Shown: positions 53,447 through 62,692 of the stretch, in pieces
Position numbering within the stretch: position 1 is the stretch's first letter
Layout: every line of letters begins with the position of its first letter
NCBI GenBank assembly: GCA_964628045.1
Contig: CAZVMF010000001.1
Coordinates: forward strand, 47,049 to 111,048
Source: an uncultured Gammaproteobacteria bacterium
GTDB taxonomy: Bacteria; Patescibacteriota; Patescibacteriia; Patescibacteriales; Patescibacteriaceae
Direction: 5' to 3'
Length of the DNA: 64,000 nt
The notes under the pieces: model-generated
What the model was told of the DNA's origin: nothing
What the model saw: the letters and a program-made list of their open reading frames with translations, nothing else
The model's database searches: none
Made by a program: the position numbers and the translations under genes

Positions 53447-54646
53447 TTATTTGTTTCGGCGAAAACTTCCCGGGCGTCTCGACTGGCGCGCACGAAAAGG
53501 TTTGCTCTTAAATACTGGTCGGGCTGGGCTTACTGCCGGGGCATTATGAAGAGGTAATGACTGCTTTATAAGGCGTTCAATGTTCTTAACATCGTTTCGT
53601 TGGTGGGGCATGGCAAAAGAAATGGCATGTCCTACGGCGCCGGCTCTTCCGGTGCGGCCGATACGGTGAACATAGTCTTCGGCCTGTTCCGGCAGATCAT
53701 AGTTAATAACTAATTCAATATTTCTAACATCAATTCCGCGAGCGGCAATGTCGGTTGCCACTAATACACGATAACGCCCCAACTTAAATCCCTCAAGGGC
53801 TTCGCGGCGCTGACCGAGGCTGCGGTTGGAATGGAGTTCATTTGCAGTATGTCCCATTTTACGTACTTGTAGAGCGAGTTTTTTTGCTTCATGTTTTGTA
53901 CGAGTAAATACCAAAGTGCTGCCTTTATATTCAGCCAGAATTTTTTTGAGCAACTCGGGTTTTTCCGGCTTTGGGATAAAGAATATTTCTTGGCTGACGT
54001 CTTTTGCCGTTGTTCCGGCCGGTGCCACTTCAACGCGAACCGGAAGCTTCATATATTGCGCGACTAAAGCAACTATTTTTGTTGGCATAGTTGCGGAGAA
54101 GAGCATGGTATGACGTTCTTTTGGTAATGCTTCAAAAATAGTTTTAATTTGCGGCATAAAACCCATATCCAGCATTCGATCGGCTTCATCAAGAACTAAA
54201 ATTTTAACCAAATTAAGTTTTAATGTTCGTCGCGTTACATGATCAATAAGACGTCCCGGAGTCGCTACGATAATATGAACATTTGATTTTAATTTTCGTA
54301 ATTGTCGATTAAAATCTTCGCCGCCGATTAAGACAGCGGTTTTCAGACCAAACGATCGGCCAAGTCGTTGAATGGATTCATCAACTTGCACGGCGAGTTC
54401 ACGGGTTGGCACGAGTATTAAACCTTGCCCGCCGCCATGTGCCAAGCGTTGTAACATTGGAATTCCAAAGGCCAGCGTTTTACCTGTTCCGGTTTGAGCA
54501 ATACCAATAATATCCTTGCCCTCAATGGCTATAGGAATGGATTTTCGTTGTATTGGTGTTGGTGTTACAAATTTACTTTTAGTGAGAATTTCTAATAATT
54601 TTGGCGCGATGCCAAGGCCGTTAAAGCCTGGTTCTTGTGTATTCAT
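53447..54646 (-). CDS. DEAD-box ATP-dependent RNA helicase
   Basis: Start at MNTQEPGFNGLG (ATG 54646). Q-motif TPIQ, AQTGTGKT, PTRELA, DEAD, SAT, HRIGRTGRAG, and a basic C-terminal tail. Confidence 0.9.
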   Translation of the reverse strand: MNTQEPGFNGLGIAPKLLEILTKSKFVTPTPIQRKSIPIAIEGKDIIGIAQTGTGKTLAFGIPMLQRLAHGGGQGLILVPTRELAVQVDESIQRLGRSFGLKTAVLIGGEDFNRQLRKLKSNVHIIVATPGRLIDHVTRRTLKLNLVKILVLDEADRMLDMGFMPQIKTIFEALPKERHTMLFSATMPTKIVALVAQYMKLPVRVEVAPAGTTAKDVSQEIFFIPKPEKPELLKKILAEYKGSTLVFTRTKHEAKKLALQVRKMGHTANELHSNRSLGQRREALEGFKLGRYRVLVATDIAARGIDVRNIELVINYDLPEQAEDYVHRIGRTGRAGAVGHAISFAMPHQRNDVKNIERLIKQSLPLHNAPAVSPARPVFKSKPFRARQSRRPGSFRRNK

Positions 54647-54676
54647 ATGGAAATCATAGCATAGTTCGTAATTAAT

Positions 54677-54703
54677 AAAAAAGAGGCGGTTTTTACGCCT
54701 CTT
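54677..54703 (-). terminator. Rho-independent terminator (minus strand)
   Basis: AAGAGGCG-gttttta-CGCCTCTT with a plus-strand A-run at 54677-54682, which gives a T-tail on the minus strand. Confidence 0.6.
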
Positions 54704-54728
54704 TAATTTTATTTTTAAATGTTTCGTA

Positions 54729-55112
54729 TTATTTAGGTTTCCACATAACACGATGCAAATTTTGAAAGTGATCACCAAATTTTTTTCGGATTTCGAGCAA
54801 TACATTCGGTAAATCGTAGCAGCCGCTATTGTCTGAGAAGTCTAATATACATCCACAGACGTAGTCAGGGGATTTAGCTGATTCTCTGACTAATTCATGA
54901 GCATGCACTAAGTGTTCAATTTCCTGTTTTGCAACGGAGCGTGGTGCGGGGGGAGCAAAATTGCTTTTTTCCTCCCAAACATGTTCGTTGTTTTTATGAG
55001 AACATATCAGTACGACGAGCGGCCTACCGACATATTTGCATAATTTTCCGTTTATATATATTGAAGCTGTGTGTGGTAAAGTTGCTGCATTAAGACTTGA
55101 ATGTTGGTCCAT
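54729..55112 (-). CDS. Hypothetical protein
   Basis: 127-aa ORF with His/Cys-rich motifs. No family recognised. Confidence 0.4.
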   Translation of the reverse strand: MDQHSSLNAATLPHTASIYINGKLCKYVGRPLVVLICSHKNNEHVWEEKSNFAPPAPRSVAKQEIEHLVHAHELVRESAKSPDYVCGCILDFSDNSGCYDLPNVLLEIRKKFGDHFQNLHRVMWKPK

Positions 55113-55261
55113 TAATGTTTACCCTTTAAATTTATGAAATATTTTAAAATGTGCATTATGCAACGATAGCATAATCATAGTAATCGGTCAATGCATTTTT
55201 TTGTACTGGCCTTTAAAGACCATTGGACAAAGAGCGGAGAAATGTTAATGATTTTCTGTAT

Positions 55262-55290
55262 TTGACATGAAAATAGTTTCATGCTATACT
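55262..55290 (+). promoter_or_regulatory. Sigma70 promoter of the cold-shock gene
   Basis: TTGACA (55262-55267), 17 nt, TATACT (55285-55290). This leaves a ~85-nt 5' UTR. Confidence 0.55.
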
Positions 55291-55379
55291 ATAATAGTAT
55301 TGCGTATATGAGGTTTGTGAAGTAGTCGATTCAAATAAACAAAATATCACTCTACGATTTTATTCACTTTGAAACAACC

Positions 55380-55577
55380 ATGAAAGGTACAATTAAGAAA
55401 TTGACCGATAAGGGTTTTGGATTCATTTCTTCTGAAGGTCAGGAAAAGGATTTGTTCTTCCACAGCAACAGCTTGGTAGGCGTCCAGTTCAACGATCTTC
55501 ACGAAGGTGACGAAGTCACCTACGAAGTAGAACAGTCCGAAAAAGGCCCGAACGCCGTAAACGTTCAACGCGCCTAA
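55380..55577 (+). CDS. cspA: Cold-shock protein (CspA family)
   Basis: 65 aa. RNP1 KGFGFI and RNP2-like DLFFH motifs. Confidence 0.9.
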   Translation: MKGTIKKLTDKGFGFISSEGQEKDLFFHSNSLVGVQFNDLHEGDEVTYEVEQSEKGPNAVNVQRA

Positions 55578-55596
55578 GACTCTCGTCTTCTAAAAA

Positions 55597-55624
55597 CACC
55601 CTCCGCGAAAGCGGAGGGTGTTTT
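55597..55624 (+). terminator. Rho-independent terminator
   Basis: CACCCTCCGC-gaaa-GCGGAGGGTG followed by TTTT. Confidence 0.85.
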
Positions 55625-55690
55625 GTTTGTAATATATTGACAGTATTTATAAAACGTGTTACTTTCAGCCTAACTAAAATACATTAAAAA

Positions 55691-56797
55691 ATGAATAAAA
55701 AAATAAAAACAATCGTAGCGTACTTGTTTCTCATTTTTAGTTTTTGTTTTGGCCCACAGCTTCAGGCGCAAAATGAGCTTCAGCAAGACTTAAGCGATTC
55801 GGCACGTGCAAAGACCCAGGCAATTCTTGATTTTTTGAGTGGCAACGGTTGTACTCCGGAAATCGAAGCTGAGATACAGGCTCGTATGTTGTTTAATCGT
55901 GTCGCTCATATGGCTGACTACCTGAGTTCGGATGATCATGGGCTTAAGTCAGCTCATGAGTACTGGCAGAAAGAAAACGATTTAAGCAGCTTGCCATTGT
56001 ATGTTCGGGACTTCTTGCTTGTAATCAGCAACAGAAATAGTTCGCTAACAACGAGCGGACGATTCTTGGGTTATGTTCATAGCGATCAATATGTCGATGA
56101 CCTTATTGGAGTTATGTATTTTGAAGTTGCCAGTAAGTATGTACCCGACGATATGTTTGGTTATCTTATTAACAAAGGTTATTTTACATTGATGGGATTT
56201 GGCGATTCAACAGTCTGGAAAGACAGAAATGGTTTGCGCAAACTGATATTTGAAAACGAGCAGACTCGTGTCAGAGAAGATTTAAAAGAGGCGTTTATCG
56301 ATTTCCCGAAGGCGTATAAAAATCTTAAAGTGATGAATGAGCGCCATAACAATCCTAATATTGACTTCAATCATATCTATGATAAACATTGGCAATTCGG
56401 TACGCGAGCATATTTTATACATGAAATTAATACGATGTATATCGGTATTGAGTACGGGCGCGATTGGAATAAATATTTAGGGGATTACATTGGGGAGCTC
56501 TCTCATGCGGAACAATTTAGCCGCTACCCGAAACATATCAATATAGAACGACAGCAGGCTGAGACTCAATATTTGGACTCGTTGGCAAAATTACAGGATT
56601 TCTACAGTCAAACCAATGATTCATTCGAAACAATGCAGAAAGAAACTAAATACGTGTTAAAAACGTATGATCAAACGTTTTATAATAAAACTGAATTGAT
56701 TAATGGTTATCCTACAATCGAGTGGGAGGCTCATAAAAAAATTGAGCCAGATTTATGGGAAGAACTCAAGTCATTGAGTCCTATAGATGAGAAATAA
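55691..56797 (+). CDS. Hypothetical secreted protein
   Basis: 368 aa with signal peptide ...FCFGPQLQAQ. No family recognised. Confidence 0.5.
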   Translation: MNKKIKTIVAYLFLIFSFCFGPQLQAQNELQQDLSDSARAKTQAILDFLSGNGCTPEIEAEIQARMLFNRVAHMADYLSSDDHGLKSAHEYWQKENDLSSLPLYVRDFLLVISNRNSSLTTSGRFLGYVHSDQYVDDLIGVMYFEVASKYVPDDMFGYLINKGYFTLMGFGDSTVWKDRNGLRKLIFENEQTRVREDLKEAFIDFPKAYKNLKVMNERHNNPNIDFNHIYDKHWQFGTRAYFIHEINTMYIGIEYGRDWNKYLGDYIGELSHAEQFSRYPKHINIERQQAETQYLDSLAKLQDFYSQTNDSFETMQKETKYVLKTYDQTFYNKTELINGYPTIEWEAHKKIEPDLWEELKSLSPIDEK

Positions 56798-56830
56798 AAA
56801 TAAATTGCACTTTGTAAAAAATAAACGCAA

Positions 56831-56860
56831 AAACCGTCCTATACAATGGGGCGGTTTTTT
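56831..56860. terminator. Rho-independent terminator
   Basis: AAACCGTCC-9 nt-GGGGCGGTTT followed by TTT. Confidence 0.65.
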
Positions 56861-56865
56861 AATTG

Positions 56866-56936
56866 CTCGGGGACAAGGATTCGAACCTCGATAGCCAGGA
56901 CCAAAACCTGGAGTCCTACCATTAGACGATCCCCGA
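56866..56936 (-). tRNA. tRNA-Gln (anticodon UUG)
   Basis: Hand-folded cloverleaf. Acceptor stem TCGGGGA/TCCCCGA, D-arm GTCT-aatggta-GGAC, anticodon arm CCAGG-ttTTGgt-CCTGG, T-arm CGAGG-ttcgaat-CCTTG. U1:A72 and discriminator G are typical of bacterial tRNA-Gln. CCA is not encoded. Confidence 0.85.
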
Positions 56937-56948
56937 ATGTACTTATGT

Positions 56949-56977
56949 AATGTATAGATTTTTTAGTCTTTTGTCAA
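56949..56977 (-). promoter_or_regulatory. Sigma70 promoter of tRNA-Gln
   Basis: On the minus strand: TTGACA (56977-56972), 17 nt, TACATT (56954-56949). Confidence 0.5.
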
Positions 56978-56978
56978 A
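56959..56978. repeat. 20-nt direct repeat copy 1 (TTTTTTAGTCTTTTGTCAAA)
   Basis: Identical 20-mer at 58423-58442. The two copies bracket the PLP-enzyme gene. Confidence 0.8.
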
Positions 56979-57101
56979 GTTTAGATGCTATTGAAAATAT
57001 AGTTTAACTATGGTGTAATCTAGTATTAGATTGCTCTCTAACAACCTATAATAAAATTATCGAAAATATTTTATAAAAAAATAACCGAAAGGACTAAGGT
57101 C

Positions 57102-58370
57102 ATGGGAAATGACAATAATAACAATAACGGCAGCAGAGTAAAATCTCAAACCGGCATTGAACACGCCGGCTATGTTTCAAAGTTTTCAGAAGGAGCAGTT
57201 GATACTCCAATATTAAGATCAACTACGTATGAATTTGAAAGCGCTGAAGCTGGTAAAAAAGCTTTTATTCAAGCATTAAGCGGCGAAAGTCTTAGTACTT
57301 TGATTTACTCACGTGTAAATCACCCCAATGCTGAAATCCTGGAAAACAGGTTAGTATTTATGGAACCAGGTGCTGGAGAAGCCGCCGTTTTTGCGAGCGG
57401 CATGTCAGCTATCGTCACTTCAGTAATAGCTCTTTGCCCATCTGATAAAGTGATTGCTTTTACTGGCCCTTTGTATGGAGGAACGTATCACTTCTTTAAT
57501 GGAGTTTTAGATCCAATGTTTGGATATCAATTGTTTGAGTTATCGCCGGATACGGAAAAGGCTTGTCAGCAAATTATGGGTCTAGGAAGAAAACTTGGTC
57601 TGGTATATATGGAAACGCCAGCTAACCCAACGCTTCATATGACTGATATTAATGCCCTTGCTACGGCTGCTAAAGAAGCTAACCCGGAAGCTTATGTTTT
57701 TTTGGATAATACGTTTATGGGAATTTTCCAGCATGGCTTTGAAATATCTAATAATCTTGATCTCATTATTTATTCTGGGACAAAGTTCATTGGCGGACAC
57801 AGCGACGTTCTTAATGGAGTAGTGATTTGTCATGAACAAAATAAAGATATCATGAAGCGTATCAAGGGTTTAAGAATTATACTCGGTACAATTTTGCATC
57901 CCTATGAATGCTCGCAAGTTATGACGCATCTCAATACCTATGAGTTGCGGATGACTAAGCAGGCGGAAAATGCAAAATTCATTGCTGGAAGAATTAAAGC
58001 TCTCGAAAATAAAAAAATTAAAAAGGTTCTTTACCCAGATTTTTTTGAGGAAGGCACATCTGAATATGACATCTATCAGAGACAGTGTTCCGGAGGATCA
58101 AGTATTATTTGTTTTTTGCTTGACTCTGATGAAGCTGGCGCTTTCAGATTCTTAAATGAATTAAAAAAAAGCGGAATCATTAGCTTAGCGGTTTCGTTGG
58201 GAGGCGTTGAAAGTTTAGCCTCGCACCCGAAATCAACAACTCACTCAGAGATGGAAGAAGAAGTTCTCGAAAGATTGGGTATTACTGATAATCTTGTCCG
58301 CTTTTCCGCGGGACTTGAGAATCGTGATGACCTATGTGCGGTTATTGAAGCCGCGCTTGAAGTTGTGTAA
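57102..58370 (+). CDS. Cys/Met-metabolism PLP-dependent enzyme (methionine gamma-lyase / cystathionine gamma-synthase / O-acylhomoserine sulfhydrylase family)
   Basis: 422 aa. YSRVNHPN...ASGMSAI and the PLP-lysine motif YSGTKFIGGHSD. Confidence 0.8.
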   Translation: MGNDNNNNNGSRVKSQTGIEHAGYVSKFSEGAVDTPILRSTTYEFESAEAGKKAFIQALSGESLSTLIYSRVNHPNAEILENRLVFMEPGAGEAAVFASGMSAIVTSVIALCPSDKVIAFTGPLYGGTYHFFNGVLDPMFGYQLFELSPDTEKACQQIMGLGRKLGLVYMETPANPTLHMTDINALATAAKEANPEAYVFLDNTFMGIFQHGFEISNNLDLIIYSGTKFIGGHSDVLNGVVICHEQNKDIMKRIKGLRIILGTILHPYECSQVMTHLNTYELRMTKQAENAKFIAGRIKALENKKIKKVLYPDFFEEGTSEYDIYQRQCSGGSSIICFLLDSDEAGAFRFLNELKKSGIISLAVSLGGVESLASHPKSTTHSEMEEEVLERLGITDNLVRFSAGLENRDDLCAVIEAALEVV

Positions 58371-58395
58371 AAAATTGCATTTAAAATAATAATAT

Positions 58396-58428
58396 ATGAA
58401 GTTCAGTTTACTGAACTTCATTTTTTTT
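58396..58428 (+). terminator. Rho-independent terminator
   Basis: ATGAAGTTCAG-ttta-CTGAACTTCAT followed by T8. Confidence 0.85.
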
Positions 58429-58442
58429 AGTCTTTTGTCAAA
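58423..58442. repeat. 20-nt direct repeat copy 2 (TTTTTTAGTCTTTTGTCAAA)
   Basis: Identical to 56959-56978. It overlaps the terminator T-tail and lies just upstream of TGCTATAAT (an extended -10, 58446-58454) of the htrA-like gene. Confidence 0.8.
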
Positions 58443-58461
58443 ACCTGCTATAATATAAACC

Positions 58462-59544
58462 ATGAAAACGATTATTAAATATATCGCCATTTGGGCGATT
58501 ATTGTAACACTCCTTGTCGGAGGAACCTTGGCTGTCGGAGCAGTTTTTATGCGCTCCGGTGCGTCTGCCGATTCTTTGCGTCTTGATGATCAAGAAGCAA
58601 CGATTCGAGCGATCAATAAAGCGATCCCGGGAGTTGTTAGTATTACGGTTTTTGAGAACATTGATCAAGATAAAGTGCGGCGCGGCGCCGGATCCGGCTT
58701 TTTAATCTCGGCTGATGGATTGATTTTAACTAACAAGCATGTCGCTGATGCCGCTCCGGATGGTAAAACAGAATTTAAAATAACTTTACATTCCGGTAAG
58801 CAATATTTTGCTCAGCTTATCGGTAAAGATCCGGTAAATGATTTGGCAATTTTAAAAATCTTTGACAAAAATCTGCCATTCTTAGAAATGGGCGACAGTA
58901 ATAAATTAATGACCGGCTCAACGGTAATTGCCATCGGAAATGCGCTCGGACGATATGATAACAGCGCGACAAAAGGAATCATTTCCGGTTTAGGTCGAAG
59001 TTTAACGGCGTCAGGAGATAACGGGCAAGTTGAGAATTTAGAGAATGTTATTCAGACTGATGCGCAAATCAATTTTGGAAACTCCGGCGGTCCGCTCATT
59101 GGTCTTGATGGTAAGGTAATTGGCATCAATGTTGCAAAAGATGACGGCGGTGACAGTCTTGGTTTTGCCATCCCGATTAATCAAGCAAAACCGATTGTAA
59201 CAAGCGCTCGAAGCGTCGGACGCATTATCCGTGCCCGCTTAGGTGTTCGATATTTAATTATTACTCCCGAACTGGCGGAAGAGCGAAAATTAATCCGCAG
59301 CACCGGAGTACTAGTCGGACCTGGTGAAAATAATGAAGCAGCAGTTCTTGAGGGCTCACCGGCTGCCCAAGCCGGCATTCAAGATGGTGATATTATTTTT
59401 GAAGCGGATGGCAAAAAAATCGACGAACGCTTGCCTCTGCAATCATACATCAGCCAGTTCTCTCCCGGTAAGCGTATTGGTTTAAAAATACAACGGGGGA
59501 CAAGCATCTTTTCAAAAATTGTTACACTTGATGAATTAAAATAA
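58462..59544 (+). CDS. HtrA/DegP-family serine protease with PDZ domain
   Basis: 360 aa. TM anchor, GSGFLIS...LILTNKHV (His), NDLAILKI (Asp), GNSGGPL (Ser), and a C-terminal PDZ domain. Confidence 0.9.
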   Translation: MKTIIKYIAIWAIIVTLLVGGTLAVGAVFMRSGASADSLRLDDQEATIRAINKAIPGVVSITVFENIDQDKVRRGAGSGFLISADGLILTNKHVADAAPDGKTEFKITLHSGKQYFAQLIGKDPVNDLAILKIFDKNLPFLEMGDSNKLMTGSTVIAIGNALGRYDNSATKGIISGLGRSLTASGDNGQVENLENVIQTDAQINFGNSGGPLIGLDGKVIGINVAKDDGGDSLGFAIPINQAKPIVTSARSVGRIIRARLGVRYLIITPELAEERKLIRSTGVLVGPGENNEAAVLEGSPAAQAGIQDGDIIFEADGKKIDERLPLQSYISQFSPGKRIGLKIQRGTSIFSKIVTLDELK

Positions 59545-59545
59545 T

Positions 59546-60511
59546 ATGAAACGTTTTGATCTTATCACTATTGGAGGGGCAACCGAAGATGTCACGGCGG
59601 TTGTTGATGATTTTTCATTATTGGACAACTCGGCTGATCCGATCCGATCAAAATTGATTGCCTTTGAGTACGGGGCAAAAGTTGGCTTAAGCGATTTACA
59701 TTCAAGCTTTGGCGGCGGCGCGGCCAACGTGGCGGTTGCGGCTGCATTGCTCGGAAGAAAGGTGGCCGCTCATATCAGTTTAGGGAATGATAATCGCGGT
59801 GATCGCATGCTGCGAAATCTACTTGCCCATAAGATTGATAAACGTTTTATAACTCGTTCTAAGGGAGAGTCCGGCTTGTCATTTATTATAAAGACACCGA
59901 CTCATGAACATATTCTCTTTACTCATCGCGGCGCAAACGATTATTTGGAGATAAGCCGTAAGCTGAGCGTCGCTCTGCGTAAAACCCGTCGCGTATATAT
60001 TAGCTCATTGTCAGGATCATGGCGAAACGTATTGAAACAAATAGTTGAGACCGGTGCTCGAATCGCTTGGAATCCGGGACGTTTGCAGCTCTTGGCGGGA
60101 TATGGTTCTCTTAAGAATTTTTTGCAGGCAACCGATATTTTGGTTCTAAATAAAGACGAAGCAACGGAATTATTAATTTCAAAACCCGGGGTTAAAAAAT
60201 TATCCTATTCACGAACCGACTTACTGCGCGCAATTTCAAAGATGGGACCGAAAATGGTTTTAATTACTGAAGGAGCAAAAGGCGCGGCAGCTATTTGCGA
60301 GAATAAAATATATCAGCAAAAATCAGTTGCAAAAAAAGTAGTTGACACAACCGGTGTTGGCGATGCTTTTGCCGCTACTTTTATTTCATATTTTGATAAA
60401 GATCAGGATATTTCTCGAGCCTTACGGGCTGCGGCGAAAAACGCCGCCTCAGTCATTGGTAAACCTGGAGCCCAACATGGACTTAAAACTATTCGTGAAC
60501 TAGGATTATAA
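59546..60511 (+). CDS. PfkB-family carbohydrate kinase
   Basis: 321 aa. GGGAANVAVAAALLG and the DTTGVGDAFAATF motif. Confidence 0.8.
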   Translation: MKRFDLITIGGATEDVTAVVDDFSLLDNSADPIRSKLIAFEYGAKVGLSDLHSSFGGGAANVAVAAALLGRKVAAHISLGNDNRGDRMLRNLLAHKIDKRFITRSKGESGLSFIIKTPTHEHILFTHRGANDYLEISRKLSVALRKTRRVYISSLSGSWRNVLKQIVETGARIAWNPGRLQLLAGYGSLKNFLQATDILVLNKDEATELLISKPGVKKLSYSRTDLLRAISKMGPKMVLITEGAKGAAAICENKIYQQKSVAKKVVDTTGVGDAFAATFISYFDKDQDISRALRAAAKNAASVIGKPGAQHGLKTIRELGL

Positions 60512-60512
60512 A

Positions 60513-61373
60513 ATGCCGGAATTACCCGAAGTAGAAACAATTGCAAGAGATTTGAATACATATTTGACCGGTAAGATTATCAAAGACATTAAGCCGGTCA
60601 ATCCTGGCAAAGTGCTGCAAACGCCTTTGTCATTTTTTAAACGTGCCGTGCTTGGGAAAAGGGTTCGTTCAGTTTTTCGTCGTGCTAAAATGTTAATTAT
60701 TGATTGCGGCGATAACTATATCGTCTTTCATTTGAAGATGACTGGGCAACTAATTTACAAAGATAAGAAAACAATTCTTGCCGGAGGACATCCGATTGTT
60801 TCAACGGGCGTACAAGTCCCAAATATCTATACGCGAGTAATTTTTAATTTTTCAAGTAATGGTGTTTTGTATTTCAATGATTTGCGTAAATTCGGTTGGG
60901 TAAAGATCATAGCGGCTAGAGACTTTGCTTTACATACTGTTAAAGTTGGACCGGAACCTCTTGATAAGAATTTCAATTTTAAGATATTTCAATCCGCTTT
61001 ATCGCGACGTTCCAAGGCTATTATTAAAGCCGCCTTGCTAGATCAATCGTTAATCGCGGGTTTGGGAAATATTTATGTTGATGAAGTCTTATTTCGTGCC
61101 GGTGTTCGTCCGAGCCGATTGGTCAAAAGCTTGAAGCCGACGGAACTCAAAAAAATATTTCAATCAATTCCGATTATATTAAATAAATCAATTAATGAAC
61201 GGGGGACGACTTTTAGTAATTTCTTGGATCCGGACGGATTACGCGGAAACTTTGTCTCTTTTCTTAAGGTATATGGACGCGGAGGCAAAGCGTGTCCTAA
61301 TTGCGGTCGCCCCATTAAAAAGACACGATTAGCCGGGCGTGGCACGCATTGGTGTGAATATTGTCAGAACTAG
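60513..61373 (+). CDS. mutM: Formamidopyrimidine-DNA glycosylase
   Basis: 286 aa. MPELPEVE N-terminus, H2TH region, and a C-terminal zinc finger CPNCG...HWCEYCQ. Confidence 0.9.
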   Translation: MPELPEVETIARDLNTYLTGKIIKDIKPVNPGKVLQTPLSFFKRAVLGKRVRSVFRRAKMLIIDCGDNYIVFHLKMTGQLIYKDKKTILAGGHPIVSTGVQVPNIYTRVIFNFSSNGVLYFNDLRKFGWVKIIAARDFALHTVKVGPEPLDKNFNFKIFQSALSRRSKAIIKAALLDQSLIAGLGNIYVDEVLFRAGVRPSRLVKSLKPTELKKIFQSIPIILNKSINERGTTFSNFLDPDGLRGNFVSFLKVYGRGGKACPNCGRPIKKTRLAGRGTHWCEYCQN

Positions 61374-61402
61374 GCTAAAAATTGTATACTATAGGAGTAT
61401 AT

Positions 61403-62692
61403 ATGAAAGATTTACGAGTCGCCATCGTGGTCCTTGTTTGTAGCTGCGCATTACTGCTTAGTTCTTTTGCCTATGCGCAATCCGACACTGTGTTCGGCGA
61501 TGAATCGGCGAACCAAGATCCGGGCGGAGGTCAGGGAAATAATCAAGTTATTTCTAAGGATGCAATTGGTTTGCGTGTCGTGCCTAATCCCGAGCATTAT
61601 TCACCGCTCCAGTGGTATCAGTACAATATTAAAGTAAAAGGTGCGCCGCAGTCGTTAATTGTTGATGGTTATGAAGCTGTGCGAGACGGACGAACAGTAT
61701 ATGTTAATGCGGCTAAATTAGTTCGCGTAAATCGTTGTTCCAATAATCCGGGAATTATTTGTCAGAATGACAATCAATGCGGACAAGGAAATCCAAGTGA
61801 GACATTACTCCCACATATATTTATTAAGACTGCGCGGGCTGCCGGAAATTGCGTTTCTTCAACGATACCCGAGATTTACACAAACATTTATATTATTTCC
61901 TACAATCAGGATCCGGAAGCTGCTACGACTGATATTTTTGGACAATTGCTTCAGTATTGGAAATTTAATATCGAAGTTCAGAATTGCAGTAATGATGTTA
62001 CTCGTCTTTGTACTGAGAACTCAGAGTGCGGGTCAAAAAACATTTGTCAGCAAACTGGATTCTGTAGTAAATCCACCACCAAAGCTTGTATCATCGATAG
62101 TGATTGTCCGGAACAAGAATATTGCACAAGTAAAAAGGCTACTATTATTAGAGATACGCGTCGTCTTTCCGATTTGCGTGACATGAAGGATCGATTGGAA
62201 AAATATAATTTAATCGTCCGGCGTTATCCGTCTTTGGACAATGGGACTTATTTAACAAACAGAACGATTTCAGTCTGGCCAAGTTGGTCAGCGACGTTTA
62301 GCTCAACACTCGGTTCAAATGTGCCAAGCGATCCGGTCAATGTTTTGGGAGCATGCGCCGGATATGACGCCGCTACCTGCTGGAATGAACAAACAAAACA
62401 ATATGGCGGCACCGCCGATCCTTTAGCTTTGCCGGCTAACAGCCACGCGTATTACTATCAATACAAAAAAACCGATAATAGTTATCGATTTTGCGGAATT
62501 GTTGAATCCGGCTTTGTTCAAGGCAAAAATCCGGGTACTGAATATTGTCGAACAGGAAAAAATTGTATTAGAAATTGTTCAGGAAAAAATTGCGGCAGCG
62601 ATGGTTGCGGCGGAAGCTGCGGTAGCTGCGCCAACGGTTCAGTCTGTCAGGGTGGAAGATGCCGTATTAATTCAAACGAAACTCAGCAATAA
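61403..62692 (+). CDS. Hypothetical secreted cysteine-rich protein
   Basis: ATG 61403 (AGGAG 5 nt upstream) is preferred to TTG 61382. Signal peptide, several Cys-knot-like segments, and a C-terminal CGSDGCGGSCGSCANGSVCQGGRC motif. Confidence 0.55.
   Translation: MKDLRVAIVVLVCSCALLLSSFAYAQSDTVFGDESANQDPGGGQGNNQVISKDAIGLRVVPNPEHYSPLQWYQYNIKVKGAPQSLIVDGYEAVRDGRTVYVNAAKLVRVNRCSNNPGIICQNDNQCGQGNPSETLLPHIFIKTARAAGNCVSSTIPEIYTNIYIISYNQDPEAATTDIFGQLLQYWKFNIEVQNCSNDVTRLCTENSECGSKNICQQTGFCSKSTTKACIIDSDCPEQEYCTSKKATIIRDTRRLSDLRDMKDRLEKYNLIVRRYPSLDNGTYLTNRTISVWPSWSATFSSTLGSNVPSDPVNVLGACAGYDAATCWNEQTKQYGGTADPLALPANSHAYYYQYKKTDNSYRFCGIVESGFVQGKNPGTEYCRTGKNCIRNCSGKNCGSDGCGGSCGSCANGSVCQGGRCRINSNETQQ

Noticed and set aside
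53447-55577. DEAD-box helicase, an unknown gene and CspA as a dedicated 'cold-shock island'.
   Set aside because: The genes are on opposite strands with independent promoters and terminators. Proximity of csp and DEAD-box genes is common, so nothing unusual needs explaining.
56979-57101. SAM/T-box-type riboswitch upstream of the Cys/Met PLP enzyme gene.
   Set aside because: There is only a short AATCTA/TAGATT hairpin in very AT-rich sequence. None of the conserved SAM-I or T-box core elements I know are present.
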